DNA of 64,000 nucleotides. Origin: Octopus bimaculoides. Its lineage: Eukaryota. Location of the stretch: assembly GCF_001194135.2 (NCBI RefSeq), contig NC_069002.1, positions 4,039,284 to 4,103,283 of the forward strand, in the 5' to 3' direction. Under the pieces are notes generated by a model. That model was not told where the DNA came from. It did not search any database and worked only from the letters and a program-made list of their open reading frames with translations. This document shows, in pieces, positions 1 through 13,067 of the stretch (position 1 is the first letter of the stretch; each line of letters begins with the position of its first letter). Both the position numbers and the translations under genes were made by a program.

Positions 1-873
1 CTGCACCGTGCTTCTGTGTCTGTTTTGGCATGGTTTTTACGGCTAAATGCCCTTCCTAACGCCAACTACGCTGCCCCTGGAATTGCTGGCCTTGTGCCAA
101 AATTTGAAACCATTATCATTTGGTAGAATTATTACTATGTTGGAGGAAGTTTGTTTATCGTTTACTTATTTCAGTCATTTGGACTGTGGCCAAGCTGGAA
201 CAATTCCTTGAAGGGTTTAGTTGAATTAACTGACACCCATTGCTTATCTTTTAAGCCTGGTTCTTAGACTATCAGTTTCATTTCCCCTGAATTGCTGTTA
301 GGGGATGTAAACAAACCAACAACAGTTGTCATTTGGTGGGACAAACATAAAAACACAAAGACACATATGTATATATACATATCTACACACACACAGAGGA
401 TGAGCTTTTGTAAGTTTCTGTCTACTAAATACACTCACCAGGCTTTGGTCAGCCTGGGGCTATAGAAGACATTTACATGCACACACGTATGCACACGTGT
501 GTGTGTACGTGTGTGCGAATCTGTATATGGTTTTATGTCTTTTTTATAAAGATATATGTTTATATCTTTAGACTGATTTATGACCTGGCCCACAGCCTGC
601 TATCATCAGTCTGCTCTACGTTCTTCTTCCTCCTTTTATTTATCTGTCTTTTCTTTTTTTATGATTTTACAAACTTTCTCTTTTTGTTCTTTCCCTTTTC
701 CCCTCTCTCTCTCTCTCTCTCTCTGGTCGCAAATATTTGGTTCTGTGAGAGCATGTCCTTGTTCAGGTTTGGTGCCTGATATTTTATGTGACATGTGATG
801 TTGATCATTCGCATAATGGGGCAGTGGCGAATGTGCGCACGCGCACATGTGTGTGTGTGTGTGTGTGTGTATA

Positions 874-1390
874 CAGGGTGCGGTGAACATATTGTCAGTT
901 TAAATTAGGCAAAAATGAAAATAACACTGACATCTCCTCTTAACAGATATATTTACCAAAGTAGGGGTGATGAGGTCACAGAAATAGTCTGACAGCCATG
1001 AATGGGCTCTTCTGCTTGTGTGGCATGATGCAGAGTCCTGTTGCCAGACATATAGAGTCTTCCAGTAGTCACCCTCTTCACCCAGGGCAGCACTACCTCC
1101 TCCAGGTATTTGATGTAGACTTCTGTGTTGAGTCTGAGTCCATGTGGGAAGATATATATATGGTCAAAGAAATTCCCCTTTCTAAAAGAGCTGTTATCAC
1201 TGACCAACCAATCTTACTCTGGCAACATAGGATCTGCCTTGACCAACAGCAGCCTATTTTCCAGTAGCCGTCTTGGACTTCTACCTTTGTTTCTTCATTC
1301 AGTAGTCTAAGAATGAAATAGATGGGTTTCTGGTAGGAGCTTATGGAACTTTGAGTCCCAAGGGGCTGAATCAAACCATTTTAAATAATA
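874..1390 (-). mobile_element. Degenerate Tc1/mariner transposon remnant (transposase C-terminal DDE region plus one terminus)
   Basis: Minus strand reads ...IFPHGLRLNTEVYIKYLEEVVLPWVKRVTTGRL..., then after a frameshift QQDSASCHTSRRAHSWLSDYFCDLITPTL, a typical Tc1-type QQDxA/WPP region. TA followed by CAGGGTG at 872-880 looks like a Tc1/mariner end. Frameshifted and truncated; the inner boundary is approximate. Confidence 0.8.
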
Positions 1391-1836
1391 TAATGTGTGC
1401 GTGTCTTGGCATTTGTAGTAGCTTGACAAAAGAGACTGATGGAATTAGTATCAGACTTTAAAAAAAAGAAGTACGAGGGATGTGGTGTGGAGGTGTAGTG
1501 TGGGGGTGAACTTGTTTGGCTAAACCTTTCAAGGCAGTCACCCCTACCACAGCCTGGCCTGCAGTCCAGCGACTGAATGCAAGTTGAAGAAGAAGATGTG
1601 CACTTATGTCAAGGGTATGGCGTGCATGAGTGAAAGGGTGAGTAGGAGATGATTGTGATGTTGAAAGATGACAATGGCGGCGGCAGTGGTGGTGGTGGTG
1701 GTAGTGGAGGAGTAGGAGTAGATGTTCTGTATAGTGTTTGTTTGATTGTCAGAAACATTTCAGAAACTTGATGTGGTTTGCTATTATTGGAGTATTATAC
1801 GATGTGTGTGTATTTAGAGGATGAGACAGTGAGAGA

Positions 1837-1919
<83 letters not shown>

Positions 1920-2037
1920 TGAGAGAAAACAAATGAACACATGTAAAAAGTATGTTAGTTGTATTTGACTTTATTTTGTTGAATTTTGTCAGGAGCCAGA
2001 CAGGACAGATTGATGGATGTATGGGTCAGCAATGTTT

Positions 2038-2073
<36 letters not shown>

Positions 2074-4164
2074 AACACTGCACCTACCACGGACTCTGCT
2101 GGGGAAGCAGGGATGGGAAGGGAGTTACATGGACCCCTCAAAAGTAAATAGACACCAGTTTTGAAAGCTGTTTATTTCCAGGAACAAAACCAATGTCTTT
2201 CGATACGTTTAAATAATCTTAGTATTTAGTAGACATGCCTTGTGTAGCTTTTAATGATTTAAACCCTGTTTTGGGTATTGTAGTAACGAGTAGTACCTGC
2301 ACAGGTAAGTATAACGAGGGGCAGCTATTTACTTTTGAAATGTCTGTGTACATGTTGTTGTTGTTCTTGTTGAGGTGGTGGTGATGGTAGAGATGGGGAT
2401 GCTGGTAGAAGTGGTGGTGGTAGTGGTGATGACATTGGTTGTAGAGAGGGTGGTGGTGACAGAGATGGTGGTACCTGTTGAGATAATGGTGGTGATGGTG
2501 GGACGTTTATTTGGTTGCTGTCTCCTGACTAGGCACTGGGGTCAGCTGTTATAAGAAAGAAGAATGCTGATAGATTGAACTTTAGTATATTACAGGTACC
2601 CTACTACTACTACTACTACTGATTTTTGATGTAAGCACTAGACCAAGTGTGTCTGTGAGAGAGTGATATTCTTTTGTTCTGTTACTGTTTTCAGTCATTG
2701 CACTCAGGCCATGCTGGGGCAACCCCTTTAAGGGTTTAGTCTATCATATTGACCCCTGCCCCCGCCATCTGTGCTTATTTTTAAATCAGATTTTTATTTA
2801 ATCATCTTTTGTTGAATTGCCAAGATATGGCAGGTAAATACAAACTCAATCACACACACACAGAGTAGCTTTCCATATTCTTTCTGTCTACCAAATTTCA
2901 CTCGTAAGGCACTGGTTGGCTGGAGGCTACAGTTTGTAGAAGACATCTACCGAAAGTGTCACTTTGTGGGATTGAACATGAAACCACATAGATGGGAAGT
3001 AAACCGCTCGACCACATGGCCATGCCTGAGCCCATTTGACTCTGGATGTGTGTCCAGGTAATTTACCTTACTAACTCCCCCTGAAAAGGATGAAAAGTAA
3101 AACTGACCCGAATGGAACTTGAACTCAGGATGTAATGGTCTGTAACCAAATACCACAAAACATATCTGTTTGTTGCTCGCCTAGGTTTGCTAATCCACTA
3201 TGATGATGATGGTGATAATGATGATGATGATGATGTTAATGATCTTCGTTATTATTTTTAATGGCAAAGCAGCAAGCTGGCAGAATTGTTAGCACACTGC
3301 GCAAAATGCTGAGCTGTATTTCATTCGTCTTTACTTTTCTGAGTTCAAATTCTGCCAAGGTCAACTTTTGATGAAATAAGTACCAGTTGAGCACAGGGGT
3401 TGGGGTGTAATTGACCAATTGCCTACCTCATAAGAATTTCAGGCCTTCTGCCTATAGTAGTTTCCTCACTGTTTTAACAATTCTGCCAGTTTGTATCATG
3501 ACAATCGTTTTGTCATGCATCAGTTGATGCCGTTATAGGCTGGTTGCTATTATAATTATAGTACCATACCTCTATGTACCTCAGTCCAGTTTAATTTCAC
3601 CTGCAATGTCCAGTTTAGTGTCACTACATTTAATATCCGACGGAGATAATGTTGCTATGCATCTGTGGGTATTTTTATATTTGGCCAGTGATTGAAAGTA
3701 TTACGAAAGCTTCTAATTATCATAGCAATCAATATCAAAAGAACATAACACTTGTTGCTATGTAAAACATGTGCAAGAATCAATTTCTATCTCTTTCTTC
3801 CTTTTCTTAGCCGTTTTTTTCTTCTTTTCCTGTGTTGAATAGATTTTGTTCTCACATACAACACGTAGATCACTCAACGTACGATGGACGTCTGTCATTC
3901 TGTCATTTAACAATGGGGTGTCATTTGGTCGATCGGCTGAATAACCTGCTCTTGAATTAACGTGTATCATAGGTACGGAGGGGGTGGGGCGCTGGGTGGG
4001 TTAAGAAGTTTGCTTCTCAACCACATGGTTTCAGGTTCTATCCCCACTATGCAGTACCTTAGGCAAGTGTGTTCTAGTAACTATAGCCCCAGGCTTACCA
4101 AAGCCTTATGAGTGGATTTCATAGATAGAAAATGAAAGAAGTCTGTCGTGTGTGTGTGTACGGT

Positions 4165-4428
4165 CTCTTCCAATCAATGCAACACTTTATGAAAGGTCAC
4201 CGATTTGAGTCATTCAATGAAGTTTAAGAAGCCTGTCAAGAATTTTTCGATTCAAAGCCAAAGGATTCATACTTTGACCAAATCCGAACACTTGCAGATC
4301 GTTGGCAGAAGGTCGTGGAAAATGGTGGTTTTTATTTTGAAGAATAGTTGTTGTTGTTTTTGAATAAATTCTTGCATTAAAAAAAAAATCATTATTTTAA
4401 CATGGCGCACAAACTTCTTCCTCAACCT
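4165..4428 (+). mobile_element. Mariner-type transposase 3' fragment with in-frame stop
   Basis: 4165-4347 translates LFQSMQHFMKGHRFESFNEV*EACQEFFDSKPKDSYFDQIRTLADRWQKVVENGGFYFEE*. This matches the Mos1/SETMAR-like C-terminus (RWQKVV..GxYFE). A TIR-like end follows (...CTCAACCTA). Confidence 0.8.
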
Positions 4429-4701
4429 AGCCTTAGCTTAGATTGTTACATTTACACTTCTGCCATTCAAAACAAAAGAAAGAAAGAAGGAAGCCAACGC
4501 TTAATTTTGATGTTAGAAATTTGAAGCACGGTGCTGGGAATGGTAGTGAACTGTAGTCCAGCGCTCTGCAGTGTTGGCCATCTTCATATTTATATTGGCA
4601 ACACATTTCCATTCTACAGAAATAATATTTTATCAGATTCTTTTATCTTCCAGGCTATGTTTTGATTATCTTTGTCTGTTTCTCCATCTGCATATATATA
4701 T

Positions 4702-5306
4702 NNNNNNNNNNNNNNNNNNNNNNNNNNNNNNNNNNNNNNNNNNNNNNNNNNNNNNNNNNNNNNNNNNNNNNNNNNNNNNNNNNNNNNNNNNNNNNNNNNN
4801 NNNNNNNNNNNNNNNNNNNNNNNNNNNNNNNNNNNNNNNNNNNNNNNNNNNNNNNNNNNNNNNNNNNNNNNNNNNNNNNNNNNNNNNNNNNNNNNNNNNN
4901 NNNNNNNNNNNNNNNNNNNNNNNNNNNNNNNNNNNNNNNNNNNNNNNNNNNNNNNNNNNNNNNNNNNNNNNNNNNNNNNNNNNNNNNNNNNNNNNNNNNN
5001 NNNNNNNNNNNNNNNNNNNNNNNNNNNNNNNNNNNNNNNNNNNNNNNNNNNNNNNNNNNNNNNNNNNNNNNNNNNNNNNNNNNNNNNNNNNNNNNNNNNN
5101 NNNNNNNNNNNNNNNNNNNNNNNNNNNNNNNNNNNNNNNNNNNNNNNNNNNNNNNNNNNNNNNNNNNNNNNNNNNNNNNNNNNNNNNNNNNNNNNNNNNN
5201 NNNNNNNNNNNNNNNNNNNNNNNNNNNNNNNNNNNNNNNNNNNNNNNNNNNNNNNNNNNNNNNNNNNNNNNNNNNNNNNNNNNNNNNNNNNNNNNNNNNN
5301 NNNNNN
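4702..5306. other. Assembly gap (one of 11 N-runs)
   Basis: Others: 16803-17187, 28751-29503, 30438-30482, 31237-31246, 32442-32451, 37120-37908, 39974-40370, 41892-42050, 43681-44453, 46761-47078. Most abut microsatellites or other low-complexity sequence. Confidence 0.99.
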
Positions 5307-5533
5307 GCATGTGTGTGTGTGTGCATGTGTACGTGTGTTTCTGTCTCTTTACAAATCAGAGCAAAGGTAATCAATACAGCAAGTAGTTGTTTATAGCTTT
5401 TATGTTGCTTTCTTTCTTTTTTTTTTAAATTTCAAAAGCCGAGTTATTTCACACTGAGTTATTTTCTAGTAACTTGGTGTGAAATGTCGGTTCCTGTAAT
5501 ATGAAAAGAAATGTATTGGTGTCTATGAAATGC

Positions 5534-5583
<50 letters not shown>

Positions 5584-6264
5584 GTGTGACTGTCTCTGAA
5601 TACATACATTTGCACGCAGACATATATATATATATATAGAGAGAGAGATACATGCATATGTACATGTGTGTGCTTGAGTTTACAAATAGGAGAAAAGTCT
5701 ATCAATACAACATCTGGAGTTTGTGTGTGTGTGAGTGAGTGTTTTATTTATGTATTTCTCAAGCTTAGAGTTCACACGTTTCTTTAAGTAATTTATGAAG
5801 TCTCGGTTTTGATTTAAAAAAATAAAAATAAAGAACAACAAGTGTGTGTGTGTGTGTGTGTGTGTTTACACATACATGGTAACAAGATCCATGTATATAT
5901 GTACTTTACTATGATGTTAACCACAATTTGTCTTAGTGAGGTATTTTTCAACAAAAGTGCTCAGCAAATATTCATAATTATAACATATTTGTGGCTGAAA
6001 TGAAATTTATGTAAGCTTATATCGAGTGAAATACACTCACACACATCTATTCCTCTATTTTTTTCCTTCTCATTACACACACACACACAACCACATATGT
6101 ACACACATACATACTTGCATACAGATACACAGACACATGTGCATACATATATACACACACTTATTTTTGGATTTTTTTTTATTATATATATATATGTATG
6201 TATGTATACATGCATACATACATACACACCTATTTCTTTATCTTCCTTCCTTTTTTTTGTTCTT

Positions 6265-6590
6265 CTTTCAGTCAGTAGATGTGGCCATTCTGGGGCACTG
6301 CTGTGAAGAATTTTAGTTGAGCCTAGTACTTATTCTATCAGTTCCTTATGCCAAACTGCTAAGTTAATAGGATGTAAACACACCAGCACCAGTTGTCAAG
6401 TAATGGTGGTGGATAAAGACACACACTATACATATACAATGGGCTTCTTTCAGTTTCCGTCTTCTCACAAAGCTTTGGTTGGCCCAGGGCAATAGTAGAA
6501 GACATTTCCCCAAGGTGCCATGCTGCAGGGCTGAACCTGGAACAATGTGGCTGGGAAGCAAACTTCTTACCACACAGCCATGTCTCTCTT
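6265..6590 (-). mobile_element. tRNA-headed composite SINE copy (second family)
   Basis: Shares TTTCAGTCA..TGGCCAT.CTGGGGCAC..CTAAGTTA..GGATGTAAAC and TTTCCGTCT..CACAAAGCTTTGGT..CTATAGTAGAAGACAC..CCAAGGTGCC..ACCACACAGCCA with copies at ~168-475, 2690-2960, 7080-7230, 11235-11660, 12125-12330, 32970-33120, 44505-44690 and 62610-62790. Confidence 0.8.
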
Positions 6591-6880
6591 TCTCTCACTA
6601 TATATATATATATTTATACACAGGAATATAGATTGTGTGTCTGTATGTATATGTACAATATTGAACACTTGTACACAAGGTATGTGTTTTGCCAGCTCAT
6701 AAGTTATCTCTCGTCTACAACTTCCAGGTGTTTTAATATCAGGCGGAATGATGAGAATATGTTCTCTTATACCTATAAATCACAGGACCTGTTCCTCTTT
6801 GTGTAAAAATAAATTTTGGGTTGTGTAGTTTTACAAATTTCTAAATTTTGAAACTCTATTTTCAATATTCTTTTTTACAG

Positions 6881-7456
6881 GAAGCATTTCGTGCTTTCCA
6901 CAACGACTTGTCATTTGTACGGAAATTCCTGAAGCCGTTACACATTGGATCTTTGTGTAGTGATGAATTCCCAGTGACGGAGATGTCTGCAGATTTTGAA
7001 GAGTTACGTAGAATGGCTGAGAAGATGGTATGTTCATATTTTTATCCTTCCTCCCCTCTCTGTCTCCCATACATATGCATGGGCTTCTTTTAGTTTCCGT
7101 CTACCAAATCCACTCACAAAGCTTTGGTCAACCCGAGGCTATAGTAAAAGACACTTGCCCAAGGTGCCATGCAGTGGGACTGAACTCGGAACCATATGGT
7201 TGGCAAGCAAGCTTTTTACCACAGCCACTCTCATATATATACATATATATAGTCACTATGAGTATATTTAGACCTCTTCTAGGAATATTTTTATCCAAGA
7301 TATACTGGTTTAATGAGATATTTCTTCAATAAATATATTATAAAATATGAAAATATTATTAAGTGTGAAAATGGAGAGATTCAATGAATATAAATTAATT
7401 TAATTTATGCCCATTGAATCTCTCCATTTTGAAACTTCATAATAATAATAATGATA

Positions 7457-7489
<33 letters not shown>

Positions 7490-10400
7490 TCTATCCAAAT
7501 TTAATTGATCTCTGGTGTGTTAGTATTAAGAGGATTAATTTCACATTGCAAAAGATAACACCCTACAATGGCTCTGATACCTATCCCACCCTTACAGACA
7601 CCCACACTCCCCAACCTCTTTGTTTAATTCCATTTTTTTCTTTTTCTCTTGTTTATTTCCAGGGATTATTTAAACCAAGTTACTGTTTCTTTTTCCTAAA
7701 TGTGGGACACGTACTTATATTGGAGGTATTCGCTTATCTTACCCTGAAGTACCTGGGTACAGGATGGCTACCCTATTTCCTCTCTGTCCTGTTTTATTCC
7801 ATTGTCCAAGTAAGTACCCTAGATATTAATTTGTTGCTTTTGTTGTTGTTGTTGATGTTATGTCAAAATTGGTGTTTTCCCCAGGCAATAGGAGAATTTC
7901 AATTTGCAGCAGGGAGCTGTACCTTTCATGGTACCTATTTGTATAAAGGTACCATATTTGCTAAAAAGGATCTGACTGTACCTTCTTACTCCTATCCACA
8001 GCATGTACCACTTCTCCATTCTTCCTTGGTTAATTTTTTTTTTTTTTGTTACATTCATTTCTCCATGCTAGCATGGGAATATTGTTATTTAATAATATAT
8101 TAATGCTAAATATTAAATATTATTAAATATTCACAAGATTGTGGTTTTGATTTCCAAACATTTGGTGTGGTGTGTTCCTGATCAAAACTCTTCATTTCAC
8201 ATTGCTCCAGTCCACTTGTCTGCAAACGGGTAACCCTGTGATGGACTGACATTCTGTTCTGAGGGATTTGCGTCCTTTGTTCATGCTGGTATGGGCTGGA
8301 CGGTTTGACCAGGGCTGGTAAATTGAAGGGTTGCACCAGACTCCAGTCTTATTTGGCATGGTTTCTACGGCTGGATGCCCTTCTTAACGCCAACCACTCT
8401 GAGAGTGTAATGGGTGCTTTTTACGTACCAGTTGCATGACACCAATGTCTGCCATGATTACGATTTCACTTGGCTTGATGAGTCTTCTATTATATCTTTC
8501 TTTTTAACTTATTTATGCTTTCTGTTTGTGTTTTCCTTTTTTGTTTTCCTCCTCACAGCTGTCTGTTATGACAATCTCACTATTTTGTAATTGTCAGTTT
8601 CCTTGGAGACAGAAAACAATTTTTTTTTTGCTTCGATTTTGTTTTGTTCAGGTTTCGTGGTTAAGCTATTTTCTATAAGTTTTCCATTATTCTTTACTAA
8701 ATACTTTTGCTGTCAGGCAGTGGATATTTTATAATAGTTATCGTTGTTTAACTTCCTGTGTTTGTGGTAAATACAATCTCTTCTGAATCAACAATTTGTT
8801 TTGTCGTTATTTTTATTATTTGGGCAGGATAACACACAGTTAGCCTATAAACAGATGTTCATTCAAATATTGGTTGCTATGGCAGTAATGCTACCTAACA
8901 CATCTAAATGTTGACCAAATATATTAACACACATAAGTATGTAGCAACACTATCTTTGTCAGAGATAACTTGCTATGCTAAGTTAGTGATGTATATTAAA
9001 ATATAACCAGATGCATAGGCACATAGAAGTATATATATAGCAGCATTGTCATCATCATCATAATGACCGCTTTTTCATACTTGCACGGGTCAGATGGAAC
9101 TTTATTCAGGCAGATTTTCTGCGGCTGGATGCCCTCCCTGTTGCCAACGCTCTTCTATTTCCAAGTAAGGTAATATTTCCCGACAATCAAACATGTTTTC
9201 ACAAGAAATTGGAAATGAAAGAAACCATCATTGTCATTATTGTCATTATTGTTATTTCCAGGCCCAGACAGGTTGGATACAGCACGACTTTGGACATCTT
9301 TCTGTCTTTAAAAGAAGCAAATTTGACCATTTTTGGCACTATTTCACCATGGGATTTATAAAGGTCACTATTCTACTATTTTTATTCATTCATGCATGTG
9401 TTTTTGCCTTTGTTTTTTTTTTTTACTTCTTTCTCTTCATTTCCTTTTTTCCCTCCTTTTCATTTTTCCTTTTCTTCTTTTCCTCTTTCTTTTTCCCTTT
9501 CCCTATATTTTCTTTTCTTTCTTTTCCTCCTCTATCCCTCTCCACTCTCTCAATAAACTATATATATATATTAGCAACTGAGGCAGGATTAATACTGAGC
9601 GGTAATTTTTAACACCAATCAAACTATACTGCAGTGGATACTGTGAGAGAAACTTTCGTGTTGGCTTTTCGTGCAAAGTGCACCTCTTGTTTATATTGTT
9701 AGTGGGGAGATAAATTCCTGCTGCCTCCAGCACCAAGACCACCAAATCATGTGATTTCGACTTCTTTGGCTTTGTTAATAAAGAACACTTGACTGCTAGA
9801 AATAGCAGCGATTCATCTCCCTGCCAGCGATATACAGAAGAACAGTATCAGAACAGTGAGCTTGTTGAAAAAAAAATTATTAGCAACAGGGGCAGTATTA
9901 ATACCAAGAGGTAATATTTATCTGTATATAAACGTAGATGTTTTGTTAAACTATAATCTACAGTGACTTTTCTCTATTTCAGGGAGCTTCACCTGCCTGG
10001 TGGAGCCACATGCATTACCAACACCATGCAAAACCGAATGTGGTATGTACCTTACTTTTTATTTGTCTTTTTCTCTCTCCTCCTCCTTCTCCTCCTCCCA
10101 CCACTTTCTTTAAAATATTTTCACCAGGTAAACAATGACAGTTGCTCCAAACTTTTGACTTGGTAACTGTTATTAGGCTATAAAAAAAACCCCAGATTTT
10201 TATCCAACCATACCATATTTTCTGGCATACATGTCAGTGTAGCATTTAGTGCAAGCTGTCCAACACATTCCAGCTTGGAAGGAGGACATCAAATGAGGAT
10301 GATGATGATGATTATATGCTGTGACTTACTATCAATAAATAAATGCAGCAGGGCCCAATGGATTGATTTTCCCCAGGACCTATAAATGTTGCTAAAACGG

Positions 10401-10511
10401 CCCTACCTATTGCTTCTCTGTCCCCACTCTTCATCATCATGACACCAGACCATCACCCCACATTAATTTCAGTCCTATGAATTCTGTTTGATTCCTCTGA
10501 AACCTGATAGT

Positions 10512-10546
<35 letters not shown>

Positions 10547-10833
10547 AGCTTGATAAAGATCCTGACATCAGAATTGACAAATACTTTGTCATAGGAGATA
10601 CGATGTCTTTGGAGGTAAGCATTTGACACCTTGTCTGTTTGTCTGTATGCCTGCCTGAGTCATTGGAGATGTGTCTTAAGAGGTTTGTATCCATTCTTAG
10701 TTTGTCCATGTGAGTATTTGCGTCTGCGTGTATGTGTGTTTACACAGATATAGCTGTGTGGTTAAGAAGGTTGCTTTTGTGTTTTGGGTCCAGTCCCATT
10801 GAATGTCTTTCGTTGTGCTTACGCATGCGTGTG

Positions 10834-10891
<58 letters not shown>

Positions 10892-11435
10892 TATATACAT
10901 ACACATCTGAAAATGTGATATGTTTGTCCGTTAGCAGCCTTGATACATGTATGTGTGTGTCTCAGAAAAAGAGAGGTTACTATGTGTATAGTGTGTGTGT
11001 GTGTGTGTGTGTTCATGCAAGAGAGATTGTAGTTATGAGTGTAAAAACAATTATGCCAAAAACAAATTTTTTAAACTGATGATGACAGTCATATGACAGT
11101 AACAAGTTATGAATTATCAAATATCCAATTCTGTTGACAGGTGGCAAAGAAGAAGAAGAAAAGTATGCCATATAATTTCCAACACAGATATTTCTTTGTC
11201 AGTAAGTATTTTTCACAGGTTTCATCTCTTTATCTCTTTTCCTTGTTTCAGTCATTGGACAGCAGCCACACCAGGACATTGTTCTGCTGGGTTTAGTTGA
11301 ACAAATCGACCCCAGTACATATTTTTGCTCAAGTCTGGTCTTTATTCTGTCTCTTATGCCCACTAAGTCACAGGGATGTAAATGAACCAAGATTGGTTGT
11401 CAAGTAATGATGGGGGACAAGTATGCACATACACA

Positions 11436-11518
<83 letters not shown>

Positions 11519-12339
11519 ACACACATATATGTATGTATGTATACATGACAAACTTTTTTCCATCTACCAAATGCACCCATAAGGCTTTGGTCAGCCCTGG
11601 GCTATAGCACAGACACTTGTGCAATATGTCACGCAGTGGGATTGAACCTGAAACCACGCCTGGCCAAGTCATTTGATTTTGCTCATCATTAGCAATGCCT
11701 TCTTGGTATTCTGGCAGAAAATGAAATCTCTTCAAAGCATTTCTTTTTGTTTTGTTTTGTTTTAAATCCATGAGGCAAACCTATAGTTTTAGGAAGTCCA
11801 TGGTAGGGTGGGGGATTAATAGAGGTTATTATTATTATTAAGAAATTTGGCATCGTGCCATTATTAATGAAGATTATGGTTTCTTGAGAATTGGCACAAA
11901 ATGTAATTTCTTTTCTACGAGCTGAGGGAGGAGCCTCTACGAGATCACTCAGCCAACTAGAAATAGCTGGTAAATCTCCTTCAAAATACACTATACCATC
12001 TTAAATAAGAGAAGGACACATTAGATTCCACCAAAAGCAAAGTGTGTGGTCATGGGTGGATTGCCTTTGATCAAAGGCTTGCTCAGTTGAGTTGCAGCTA
12101 AACTGCAACTGCATATGTTATTCTTTTATCTTTCACTTGTTTCAGTCACTGAACTGTGGCCATGCTGGGGCACCGCCTCGAACGGTTTTAGCTGAACAAA
12201 TTGACCCCTTGTGCTTATTTTTAAAGTCTGGTACTTGTTCTATCTGTCTCTATTGCTGAACCACTAAGTTAGGAGGGCATAAACTAACCGACACTGGTAG
12301 TCAAGTGGTGAGGTGGGACGCATGCACACACACACACGC

Positions 12340-12373
<34 letters not shown>

Positions 12374-12490
12374 CATCATCATCATCATCATCGTTTAACG
12401 TCCGCTTTCCATGCTAGCATGGGTTGGACGATTTGACTGAGGACTGGTGAAACCGGATGGCAACACCAGGCTCCAGTCTGATTTGGCAGA

Positions 12491-12531
<41 letters not shown>

Positions 12532-13030
12532 CAGAGTTAGCGGTTATAGTAACCGACTAAAGAATAAAATATCCATATGTATTATTGGTATCCATTACCT
12601 GTATTATGCATGGGCATTGGTGTGCAGGCACACTGCACACACAGAGTGCAGATAACAACAGGATAAACAAGAGTTTATCAGGAACCAGTGCAAATAATTA
12701 GAAAAAGCTGAATGCATCCATTTACATGCTGTGCAAAACACAAAAGTGTAAAAAATACAAAATAAATGAAGAGTTTTTATCTGCTTTTCGACATGTGTGT
12801 GTGTGTATATGTGTGTATGTATGTATGTTAATGTGTGTAGAATTGAGGTAAAAATATCTGTTAGATCTTATTTCAAATATATTTCATTGTTTCCATTTGA
12901 TTAAACTTGTTGTTGTTATAATTTCAGTTGGACCGCCCCTCCTGTTTCCTGTGTATTTCCAGTATGCACTTCTACACTACGCTATTTCAAGGAGAGCTTG
13001 GGCTGTATGTATTATTATTGCTTCTCTCTT

Positions 13031-13067
<37 letters not shown>

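Noticed and set aside
3758-3970. 70-aa minus ORF / CpG-richer patch as the missing desaturase first exon
   Set aside because: All three plus-strand frames contain stops and no cytochrome b5 motif. The minus ORF resembles nothing I recognise.
4571-5396. Long ORFs of 200-400 aa here and at 16730-17371, 28637-29525, 36807-38011, 39802-40512, 43566-44616 and 46563-47174
   Set aside because: They are open only because they cross N-runs (poly-X) and (TA)n tracts. Only short parts coincide with real exons.
7414-8103. 229-aa plus ORF as a single-exon membrane protein
   Set aside because: Only 7663-7809 is desaturase exon. The rest is intron read-through.
9610-9900. Faint Tc1-like WPxxSPD/DFF.WG resemblance
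   Set aside because: Too degraded to support a call by eye.
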